Of a DNA stretch of 64,000 bases, positions 11,831 to 22,092 are shown in pieces. The stretch lies in assembly GCA_964016885.1 (NCBI GenBank), contig OZ024744.1, positions 36,332,001 through 36,396,000 of the forward strand. Reading direction: 5' to 3'. The translations under genes and the position numbers were made by a program. The notes under the pieces are model-generated. The model did no database searches. It had not been told where the DNA came from and saw only the letters and a list, made by a program, of their open reading frames with translations. The stretch's first letter is position 1. Each line of letters starts with the position of its first letter. This stretch comes from Eledone cirrhosa. Taxonomy: Eukaryota.

Positions 11831-14800
11831 TCATCCCTTGATTCGCAAGAATGTTTTGCAAATTTTGAAGGTGCCAGCTATCGCAGCCATTTGTAGACTA
11901 TGAATTAGGGAGCTGCGCTTTTTGTCCGCAAATCCAAGTTCAGTCATACTTTGGTCCAAGCGGGTAGGTATATAACCCGTAGAACCAATAATGATGGGTA
12001 TGAAGCTAAAGGTGTATCTTGGATACTGGATTTGTAAACTCCTCATCAATGGTCCGTAGTTGTCCTCCTTCTCCTGTATTTTTCTGACAACGTTTACACA
12101 AGTGGGCAGCTGATCTCCACAACAGAACAAGTTTTCAATGTGTGGTCCCAAACTACAATATCAGGCCGGTTGTGCTTTAATTTGGTGGCAGTTTTTATTT
12201 TCAGGTTCCACCAGTATTCCTTAGTGCCATCTGTCTCAATATATTCTTCCTCGTTTGTTGTTAATTTTGTTTTCCGAAGTGCGTTCCAGATGGTTCGAGC
12301 TATCCCATCGTGTCTCATGGGGAGGTAGTAGCGAGATGACATTCTTTCGCAGCTGGCAACAATGTGGCTTACATCCTCGATCTTTGTTTTACATAGCCTA
12401 CATTTATTGTCAGCTGCTGGCCTTCCTCTTTTGTGCAGCAGATATTTGGTAGGGAGTTCTTGTTCCTGTATTGCATAGAGATATCCCTCAAGGTGTGATG
12501 TCATAAACTTGTCGGAACTCCATGCCAGGCTTTTTGAGTGGTTTATCCCCTCTATGGTCTGTGTTTTACGCCTCAAGTATCCATGCACAACTTTTTCTGT
12601 AAATTGGTCAATTTTTTTATCTTGTTTGAACATTGAATAGGATCTTCCGATTTCTCTGGGTGAGAGATTTATATCAGGCTTTATTCCATATCTCTCCTCC
12701 AGATCAGTCGCTATTCTAATGATATTTCTTTTTTCATGGTCATAAACCTGGGCAAGATGGTTGCCAACCTTTTTCCTCTGTTGAAGGTGTTGCTTCAGTG
12801 TTACTATCCGGGTCTCATATGTTGTTAATATTGATCTTAGACCCCGGCCACCTTCCTTGCGTGAGAAGTATAGCCGATCCACATCACCATTGATGTTAAA
12901 GTTCCCAGTAACACTGAGAAGTTTTCGAGTTCTAACATCCATCTCACTTAGTTCTTGCAATGACCAGTTCAGTAGGCCAAATGTTGGCGTTAGAATTGGC
13001 ACAGCATAAGTATTGTGGGCAATGTATTTGTTGTATGCTGACAGTTCTGATGATCATATTTTCTTTACACTTCTGAGGTATTCAGTTCTGGTTCTCTCCT
13101 TATTTATGGGTCCATCATATCTGACATTCTCATCCTGTCCAAGATATCTGTAGTTGTCACCTGACTGCAGAGGTTGTATTGTCAGGCCGTTCATCTCTAG
13201 ATTTCTAGAGGAGGGCACAGCTCTTCCACGTTTTACTGCCAAAAATGCACACTTGGACTCACCAAATTTCATTTTGATGTCGGTTGAAAATTGTGTAATG
13301 AGGTCCAATTGTTTCTTGATGTCATTGATATTTGGCCCATACAACTTCAGGTCATCAACAAAGAAAAGATGGGAGATACTTCTGGGCCCACTTCTTTGTC
13401 CACCTTGTTTCCTGAGTAGGTAAGATAGTGGAATCAGTGAGAGAACGAAGAGTAGCACTGACAAGCTATCACCCTGAAAGATGCCCTTCTGGTAATGTAT
13501 CTTATCAGTCTTAACCTGCTCCTTCTCACCTCTAAGGATCAAACTGGTGTACCAGTTCTTGGTCAGGCGTTCAACAGCAGCTACCAATGGTTGTGGGACT
13601 TTAGCTAACTGTAAAGCCTTAACAATCCACCCATGAGGTACACTATGAAATGCTTTTTGATTGTCCAGCCACACGACAGTCATGTTTCTGCGATTCTTTG
13701 TTGTTTTTTCCTGAATCATTTTGTTAGTTAGTAGGTGATCTATGCAATCCCACACCTCCCTCTTTCCACCAGCTTGCTCAGGTGTTATGATGTTGTTGGT
13801 AGCACAGTGATCCTGTAAGAACAGGTTAATGCACCCAGTATATAATTTATACATGATGTTTTGGCAGGCAATTGGGCGGTAATTTTTAGCAAGGGTGGTT
13901 TGGCTATTTTGGGGAATGAGGAGAGTAGAGGCAGTTGATAACCATCTGGGCAGTTCTTGTGTGCCCTTAATGGTTTCTGTAAACAGCTGTATGAGATCTT
14001 GCCGATAGAAAGTGAAATTCTTCAACCAGTATCCTGTAATGATGTCTGGGCCTGGCGATTTCCTATTCGACATTTTCTGTAGAGCTGTTTCCAGTATTGA
14101 CCCATCTATGTCATATTGTTTTGTCTGGACATGTTGGCAGTAGTCCTGTTCCAGTTCTTTTAGCCAATTAGCTTGTCTGTTGAATCCGTCATCCGTTTCC
14201 CATACAGATCTCCAGTAGCTCTCAACCTGTTCTTTTGAAGGGGTGTCATTTACAGAGATTGAGCTTTTGCCACCGAAGCTGCGATAAACTGATTTAGCAT
14301 CTCTGGCAAACAATCTATTTAGCACTTGTCGTTTATGTGCTGTTGACTTATATTTCAGTCTTTCTGTTGTAGCTGTGAGTTGTTGTTTCAACAGGTGTAA
14401 TTTGGAGTTCAAAGTTTTAAATTTTTTATCTCCAAATCGTCTCTCTAACTTTTTCTTTAGGTCTTCCTGGTGTCGTGTGAAGTTGCTCTCTATGTTGCAT
14501 TTCATAACGACTGCGATGTGTGAGATACTTCGTCTCAGGGACAAAATTTTGGATTTTAAATTTCGCATCCACGCTGGTTCAGGCTTTCTGCTTGTATCTT
14601 GATTGCGTGGTTTTAGATGTGTGTTATATGATAGCAATGTGACAGCTGAAACATATAACAAAACATTAAGCGTTTCAAATGTCGTTTCTACACCTTTAGA
14701 TCGTATAGCCTTCAGATAACTGCAAGCTATTTCGTTCACCGCTTCCAATTCCAATTTAGTGGGTTCTTTACTGACTCTAGTGTTGTATGGTCTGTCACTC

Positions 14801-15339
14801 ACATTAAGGCTGTGTATCTCTTGAAACATATCGTTCCATATCACTTGTAGGGTGCCCACAAGTTTTTGGTGCTCTATTTGTTCAGTAGAGTCATGAATTT
14901 CAGCCTCGTTGTTGATGTGGTGACAATTACTACTAGAGTCAGCTGACCTTTCTCGCTGTTCTTCAGTGGAAGTGGGATGGATTTCAGCAAAATTGTTGAT
15001 GAGCTGTTCACTGTTAGATTTAGCTGGCCATTCTCTTTGTCTGTCAGTGGAGGTGGGGTGGTTGTCTACAAGGGCTGTATTTGTAGTATCACTCAATTCC
15101 GTTAGATGTATCAATTTACATCTAATGATACGTTTTGCCTGTTCATTTAAATGCTTTGGAGAAAAGTCTAATTCTGGGTGTTTGGAGTTCCATAAAGTGT
15201 TTAGCCTTTGCATAAAACCGAACTTTTGGGGTTCAGATTGTTTGTATGCTTCATATAATACTTTGTTAAGCTCGTAGCTCCACTGTGTACTACGGTTGTA
15301 ATTGCGATTTGGTCGAAGGAGACTTGTACTTTTTGCCAT
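11831..15339 (-). pseudogene. RT-CCHC-restriction-like endonuclease polyprotein, disrupted
   Basis: ORF 13054-15339 ends at TGA where copies 1 and 3 have TGG, continues in 12094-13002, then has a 1-nt frameshift at ~12097 into 11831-12151. The AFD motif reads AFH. Confidence 0.92.
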
Positions 15340-15524
15340 GATGAGTTCGTCTATTCACTAATATTTCGTATTTATTTTTCAAAATAGTCGATGATCTTCT
15401 TTAAAAGTTACGACAAAGTTCTGTCAGAATCAAATTTAAAGTTATTCACAGCTTGGGTAATATTTCTTTTCAGTTAGTTTTTAATACTACAACTGTGTTT
15501 TAAACGTTGTTCTTGAATCGTTTG

Positions 15525-15845
15525 AATCGAGAACAAAACGAACCGTTACTTAGTATATTCCTTTATGAATGTAATATAATATAACAACGCTGTATTTATA
15601 TGTTAAAGTTTATGTATCATTCATATAAATAGGTGTTCTACAACCTATTCACAACATATTCACAGTTCAAACACTTATATTTTTGTTTCTGAATCGAACA
15701 CGTTACTTGTATATTTCTTTATAAATGTAATATAACAACGTTGCATTTATATGTTAAAGTGTATGTATCGTTCATATATCATAAGTGTATGTATCGTTTA
15801 TATAAATAGGTGTTTTACAACACACTTACAGTTCAAACACTTATG
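15525..15845. repeat. Two diverged ~160-bp tandem monomers in the family B 5' UTR
   Basis: gaatcga...cgttactt.gtatatt.cttat.aatgtaatataacaacg...tatataaataggtgtt.tacaac...acagttcaaacactta occurs twice. Confidence 0.8.
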
Positions 15846-15936
15846 TAGAATTATTGTATGTAATCTTACCGCGTAATGTAGCTCAACTTTTTCCAATATA
15901 TGGTATGTTGCCTTCATGTAAGCCGTAATTACACAC

Positions 15937-15975
15937 GTCCGATTATCGGACACTGACCACAACGGTCGCCATTTT
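15937..15975 (-). promoter_or_regulatory. Candidate internal promoter: YY1-type AAAATGGCG, TCAGT initiator-like motif and 6-bp hairpin
   Basis: The minus strand begins aaaatggcgaccgttgtggTCAGTgtccgataatcggac. Function is inferred. Confidence 0.4.
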
Positions 15976-16054
15976 ATGTATGTATGTATGTATGTATGTA
16001 TGTATGTATGTATGTATGTATGTATGTATGTATGTATGTATGTATGTATGTATG

Positions 16055-16659
16055 TCAGGTCACCAGTTGGTGCTACTAGTAACATGTATCCCAGTACAAC
16101 CTGTCTCATGGTCGGGTCGTTGGCGACTAAACTGGCAACCCCACCAAGGTTTCTTGGTGAGGAGGGTGACTTTGGACATCCTGCAGGACAAAAAAAAAAT
16201 GTCAAAGGGCAAAGGAGCTCTTAAGAGTCAATGGCCATCCAAAATCACCAGGAGAGATGACCCCTTTGCTTTTGTCAAGGCAGAATTCTAGGAGAAGGAA
16301 AACTCTGATATAACACCTGCAACCTTGATGGTATCCAATGATGTTGACTTGTTCTTCTTTTTGGTAAATATCATCTTGGTTAAGAGAGTGGGACTGGCTT
16401 TGTGCAGTGCCTTTGCTCACTATAAAAGCTTCACGGCACAGGCATTGCTTTATATCTGGAGAACTCTCTACACTTGTCGTCATATGATAACATTAGCCCA
16501 GCACTATGTGTCAATAATTGTCACAAGTGTAGTGTTTGTACCAGAGTTTTCAAGTCGCTAGCTGGACTAAGACGTCACACTCGTTCAGCGTATCGGTAGG
16601 GGTTCTCTTACATGGATATAAAGTAGTGGCCGTACTCGAAAACGAGTTGGCATCCACAA
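16055..16659 (+). mobile_element. Non-autonomous RTE-derived bipartite element, copy a
   Basis: The middle part is homologous to the RTE 5' UTR at ~43795-44028. The 3' part encodes a C2H2 remnant (HKCSVCTRVFKSLAGLRRHTR), followed by a terminal stem-loop actcg-aaaa-cgagt and an (ATGT)n tail. Four copies in window. Confidence 0.85.
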
Positions 16660-16769
16660 TGTATGTATGTATGTATGTATGTATGTATGTATGTATGTAT
16701 GTATGTATGTATGTATGTATGTATGGATGGATGTCTGCCTGTATGTATGTATGTATGTATGTATGTATG

Positions 16770-16800
<31 letters not shown>

Positions 16801-16925
16801 GTGTGTATGTAAGAATGTATGTATGTATGTATGTATGTATGTATGTATGTATGTATGTATGTATGTATGTATGTATGTATGTATGTATGTATGTATGTAT
16901 ACCTGTATGTATATAAGTTTGTATG

Positions 16926-18830
16926 TCATCTCTTTCTCTTAATTTCGAGTATATTCTTTTTGACCGGCCACCTTCCTGGTGGCAAGGTTGTAAAAGAAAG
17001 GAAATTGTCATCCCTTGAATCGCAAGAATGTTTTGCAAATTTTGAAGGTGCCAGCTATCGCACCCATTTGTAAACTATGAATTAGGGAGCTGCGCTTTTT
17101 GTCCGCAAATCCAAGTTCAGTCATACTTTGGTCCAAGCGGGTTGGTATATAACCCGTAGCACCAATAATGATGGGTATGAAGCTAAAGGTGTATCTTGGA
17201 TACTGGATTTGTAAACTCCTCATCAATGGTCCGTAGATGTCCTCCTTGTCCTGTATTTTTCTGACAACGTTTACACAAGTGGGCAGCTGATCTCCACAAC
17301 AGAACACGTTTTCAATGTGTGGTCCCAAACTACAATATCAGGCCGGTTGTGCTTTAATTTGGTGGCAGCTTTTATTTTCAGGTTCCACCAGTACTCCTTA
17401 GTGCCATCTGTCTCAATATATTATTCCTCGTTTGTTGTTAATTTTGTTTTCCGAAGTGCGTTCCAGATGGTTCTAGCTATCCCATCGTGTCTCATGGGGA
17501 GGTAGTAGCGAGATGACATTCTTTCGCAGCTGGCAACAATGTGGCTTACATCCTCGATCTTTGTTTTACATAGCCTACATTTATTGTCAGCTGCTGGCCC
17601 TCTTCTTTTGTGCAGCAGATATTTGGTAGGGAGTTCTTATTCCTGTATTGCACAGAAATATCCCTCAAGGTGTGATGTCATAAACTGTTCGGAACTCCAT
17701 GCTAGGCTTTTTGAGCGGTTTATCCCCTCTGTGGTCTGTGTTTTACGTCTGAAGTATCCATGCACAACTTTTTCTGTAAATTGGACAATTTTTTAAATCT
17801 TGTTTGAACTTTGAATAGGATCTTCCGATTTCTCTGGGTAAGAGATTTATATCAGGCTTTATTCCATATCTCTCCTCCAGATCAGTCGCTATTCTAATGA
17901 TATTTTTTTTTTCATGCTCATAAACCTGAGCAAGATGGTTGCCAACCTTTTTCCTCTGTTGAAGGTGTTGCTTCAGTGTTACTATCCGGATCTCATATGT
18001 TGTTAATATTGATTTTAGACCCCGGCCGCCTTCCTTGCGTGAGATGTATAGCCGATCCACATCACCATTGATGTTAAAGTTCCCAGTAACACTGAGAAGT
18101 TTGCGAGTTCTAACATCCATCTCACTTAGTTCTTGTAATGACCAGTTCAGCAGACCAAATGTTGGCGTTAGAATTGGCACAACATAAGTATTGTGGGCAA
18201 TGTATTTGTTGTACGCTGACAGTTCTGATGACCATATTTTCTTTACTCTTCTGAGGTATTCAGTTCTGGTTCTCTCCTTATTTATGCGTCCATCATATCT
18301 GACATTCTCATCCTGTCCAAGATATCTGTAGTTGTCACCTGACTGTAGAGGTTGTATTGTCAGGCTGTTCATCTCTAGATTTCTAGAGGAGGGCACAGCT
18401 CTTCCACGTTTTACTGCCAAATATGCACACTTGGACTCACCAAATTTCATTTTGATGTCGGTTGAAAATTGTGTAATGAGGTCCAATTGTTTCTTGATGT
18501 CATTGATATTTGGCCCATACAACTTCAGGTCATCAACAAAGAAAAGATGGGAGATACTTCTGGACACACTTCTTTGTCCACCTTGTTTCCTGAGTAGGTA
18601 AGATAGTGGATTCAGTGAGAGAACAAAGAGTAGCACTGACAAGCTATCACCCTGAAAGATGCCCTTCTGGTAATGTATCTTATCAGTTTTAACCTGCTCC
18701 TTCTCACCTCTAAGGATCAAATTGGTGTACCAGTTCTTGGTCAGGCGTTCAACAGCAGCTACCAATGGTTGTGGGACTTTGGCTAACTGTAAAGCCTTAA
18801 TAATCCACCCATGAGGTACACTATCAAATG
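16926..18830 (-). mobile_element. R4/Dong-like family B, copy 3 (5'-truncated)
   Basis: Colinear with copies 1 and 2 (ORFs 17743-18765, 17008-17328). Extra frameshift at ~17795. TATG-type flanks. Confidence 0.95.
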
Positions 18831-18930
18831 TAAGTGTGTATGTATGAGTGTATGTAAGAATGTATGTATGTATGTATGTATGTATGTATGTATGTATGTA
18901 TGTATGTATGTATGTATGTATGTATGTATG

Positions 18931-18961
<31 letters not shown>

Positions 18962-19079
18962 GTGTGTATGTATGAGTGTATGTAAGAATGTATGTATATA
19001 TGTATGTATGTAAGTGTGTATGTATGAGTATGTAAGAATGTATGTATGTATGTATGTATGTATGATTGCCTGTATGTAT

Positions 19080-19675
19080 GTTGGTGCTACTGGTAACATG
19101 TATCCCAGTACAACCTGTCTCATGGTCGGGTCGTTGGCGACTAAACTGGCAACCCCACCAAGGTTTCTTGGTGAGGAGGGTGACTTGGCCGTCCTGCAGG
19201 ACTAAAAACAAAACCTGTCAAAGGGAAAAGGAGCTCTTAAGAGTCAATGGCCATCCAAAATCACCAGGAGAGATTACCCCTAAGCCTTTGTCAAGGCAGA
19301 ATTCTGGGATAAGGAAAACTCTGATATAACACCTACAACCCTGAAGGTATCCAATGATGTTGACATGTTTCTCTTTTTGGTAAATATCATCTTGGTTAAG
19401 AGAGTGGGACTGGCTTTGTGAAGTGCCTTTGCTCACTATAAAAGCTTCACGGCACAGGCATTGTTTTATATCTGGAGATCTCTCTGCACTTGTCATCACA
19501 TGGTACCTTGGGCCCAGCAATATGTGTCAATAATTGTCACAAGTGTAGTGTTTGTACCTGAGTTTTCAAGTCGCTGGCTGGACTAAAAAGTCACACTCGT
19601 TCAGTGCATCGGTAAGGGTTCCCCTACACGGATATAAAGTAGTGGACGTACTCGAAAACGAGTTGGCATCCACAA
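19080..19675 (+). mobile_element. Non-autonomous RTE-derived element, copy b
   Basis: Colinear with copy a; lacks the first ~11 nt. Confidence 0.85.
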
Positions 19676-19872
19676 TGTATGTATGTATGTAAGTGTGTAT
19701 GTATGAGTGTATGTAAGAATGTATGTATGTATGAGTGTATGTAAGAATGTATGTATGTATGAGTGTATGTATGTGTGTGTGGACATTCGTATACATATAC
19801 GTGCGTGGGTATACATACATATGTATAGATATAGATATATGCATGCATATTAATTTATGTACATATGTATAT

Positions 19873-19910
<38 letters not shown>

Positions 19911-19984
19911 TCTGGCATATATTTACATGCATATATATACACACACACACACATACACACGCATATATATATACATACATATAT

Positions 19985-20000
19985 CTATATCTATCTATCC

Positions 20001-20068
<68 letters not shown>
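19985..20068. repeat. (ATCT)n microsatellite
   Basis: Direct tandem repeat, 5' flank of the Tx1 array. Confidence 0.97.
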
Positions 20069-20273
20069 GGGATGGACACACGCGTATAACTTGCTGAGTA
20101 AGTTCTGTTTAAATTTCTATAGAAATTCTTGTCTGATAACTTTAATTTTTGTACCATTTTGTAGAGGGACTGCCAGGTCAAACTTAGATCTGGTCAGTCT
20201 CTCAAAATATTCTACGCCTTTAGTTAAACAAAAAAAAAAAGTTTTTTCTTGTTGAAAAGTCAATATTTTTTAA

Positions 20274-21971
20274 ATGGCCGAAGCTTCTTCACCAAAATTC
20301 GAAGGAGGAAAGGGGAAGATGAACTTACAGCTTCCCCCTGCCACTGTCACAGTAGCAGAGGTCAAGAAGAAAGGTCAGCCAGAGGAAGAATTCTCTCCAC
20401 CTGTTAACCGACAACTTGACGTTGCCATGGCAACAACCCAAAGAACCAGCAGCAACAGCAACAACAACAACAATGCGACGGACGAAAACAACACCAATAA
20501 CAATAACAATAACAACAACAACAAGACCAATAACGGTGACAACAACAACAATGATAACAACAACACCACCAACGACAACAACAACACAAACAAACAAAAT
20601 TTCTCCTTCGCCGAGACGACAAGGAAAACCCTCGACTATCTGCCAGTAGATATAACAAAAGCGAAGGAGCTACTGGCGGATGCGAAAAAATATATAGTGT
20701 ACGGAGAAAATGGTTCATTCACAATCCATTCCCCCCCGGAACTAAAAAGCCAGAGACTCCTAAACACGGTCATGTTTAGGACAATCTCGAACAAAAGTAA
20801 AAAACCAGCTCAACCATCACAGAGCGAGATAGAGCTGGTTTTAAAAGACGTCATGAAGGACATCACCTTCATTCAGAAGGATAGACTCTACGGGAGTCTA
20901 TCCATTCTCATGAAGGACAGGGACACAGCAGTGAAACTGTCCATCAAACCAATCACATCCACCGCATACACCTTCTACCCTACGTACATGGGTAGAAGAA
21001 CAAAAAAAATAAAAATCCACACCATCCTGCCGATTATGGACATATGGTGGGTTTTGACAGGTTTTCTGGACCTGGAGGATGACATGCTGGTGTCCATGGG
21101 AAAGGCATCGGGTGACGCGTTCAGTGGAACGAGCCTCGAACTTGTAGTTCAAATGAGGCCCGAAAGGATCGCCCAGATCCCTGAACGCGTCATACTGGAT
21201 GATCTAACCTTCATCAACATTACCGTTGAGGGTAGACGGCCCTCGTGTTACCTCTGCGGAACCAGAGGTCACCTGAGGGCTGTCTGTCCCCAACTTAATA
21301 AGAAAACCCCAATCCTGCCTACACCACCAACAACTGCACAACCAACACAATCACCACAACTACCACTACAAAAACAACCACCACAGCTCAAACCAAAACA
21401 AAACAATGTCCAACCCATCCCCTCCACTCAAAAAACAAAAACAATTTCCAAAACACCCGTACCGCAAACACAACCCGAAAATATACCCCTCCCCTCCAAC
21501 GCGGAAGATGACCCTAGTTCGTCGTCAGACGAGGAAGAGCACTTCCACACAATCAAAAGAAAAAAAAGAAAACACACCTCAGACACACAAATGAAAACAA
21601 CCCCTCCCCAAAACATAGCACTGACACCAACACAAAAGAGCTCACAACAACAGCAAACAAAAAACACCACACAAAAACAAAAATATGCATACACATACAT
21701 AAACACAAGAAACAAAAAACTGTTAAACATTGTGTACAACAACAATCTAATAAAAACACAAGGGCCTAACTTCTCCCAGGCAGGGGATTTCCCCCACCTC
21801 AAAATGATTAAGGCTCCACAGGACACCTATAAAACTTTAAAAAACAATTTTAAAGAGGACGTGGGTCCCCCCTGCGTCGGGCCCATTAACCGCGTCCTCC
21901 TAAAAAAACTATCCCACTCCCTCCCCAAACACCCACACAACTCCAAGCTCCCCAACCACACAACACACTGA
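20274..21971 (+). CDS. Tx1 ORF1 nucleic-acid-binding protein (Asn-rich N-terminus, CCHC knuckle); the homologous C-terminus MEIVQPDTRDAER* ends at 22068 in another frame
   Basis: EGRRPSCYLCGTRGHLRAVCP; homologous to ORF1 of T2 and T3. Confidence 0.85.
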   Translation: MAEASSPKFEGGKGKMNLQLPPATVTVAEVKKKGQPEEEFSPPVNRQLDVAMATTQRTSSNSNNNNNATDENNTNNNNNNNNNKTNNGDNNNNDNNNTTNDNNNTNKQNFSFAETTRKTLDYLPVDITKAKELLADAKKYIVYGENGSFTIHSPPELKSQRLLNTVMFRTISNKSKKPAQPSQSEIELVLKDVMKDITFIQKDRLYGSLSILMKDRDTAVKLSIKPITSTAYTFYPTYMGRRTKKIKIHTILPIMDIWWVLTGFLDLEDDMLVSMGKASGDAFSGTSLELVVQMRPERIAQIPERVILDDLTFINITVEGRRPSCYLCGTRGHLRAVCPQLNKKTPILPTPPTTAQPTQSPQLPLQKQPPQLKPKQNNVQPIPSTQKTKTISKTPVPQTQPENIPLPSNAEDDPSSSSDEEEHFHTIKRKKRKHTSDTQMKTTPPQNIALTPTQKSSQQQQTKNTTQKQKYAYTYINTRNKKLLNIVYNNNLIKTQGPNFSQAGDFPHLKMIKAPQDTYKTLKNNFKEDVGPPCVGPINRVLLKKLSHSLPKHPHNSKLPNHTTH

Positions 21972-22092
21972 TGCCCCCACACTTCCACAAACCACCACCC
22001 CACCCAACAACCCATCCCCCACCCTAATGGAAATTGTGCAGCCCGATACCCGGGACGCAGAGAGGTAAGTGCCTTTTCTCTTCACCACCAAC

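Larger units (their letters stand above)
11749..15975 (-). mobile_element. R4/Dong-like non-LTR retrotransposon family B, copy 2 (apparently full length, ~4.2 kb)
   Basis: Single-ORF architecture with ~640 bp 5' UTR, N-terminal domain, RT, CCHC, RLE and short 3' UTR. (TATG)n on both flanks. Confidence 0.95.

Noticed and set aside
15798-16561. Conserved small ORFs in the ~600-bp element as a novel gene
   Set aside because: Frames begin in microsatellite and break differently among copies. Only the RTE zinc-finger remnant is recognisable.
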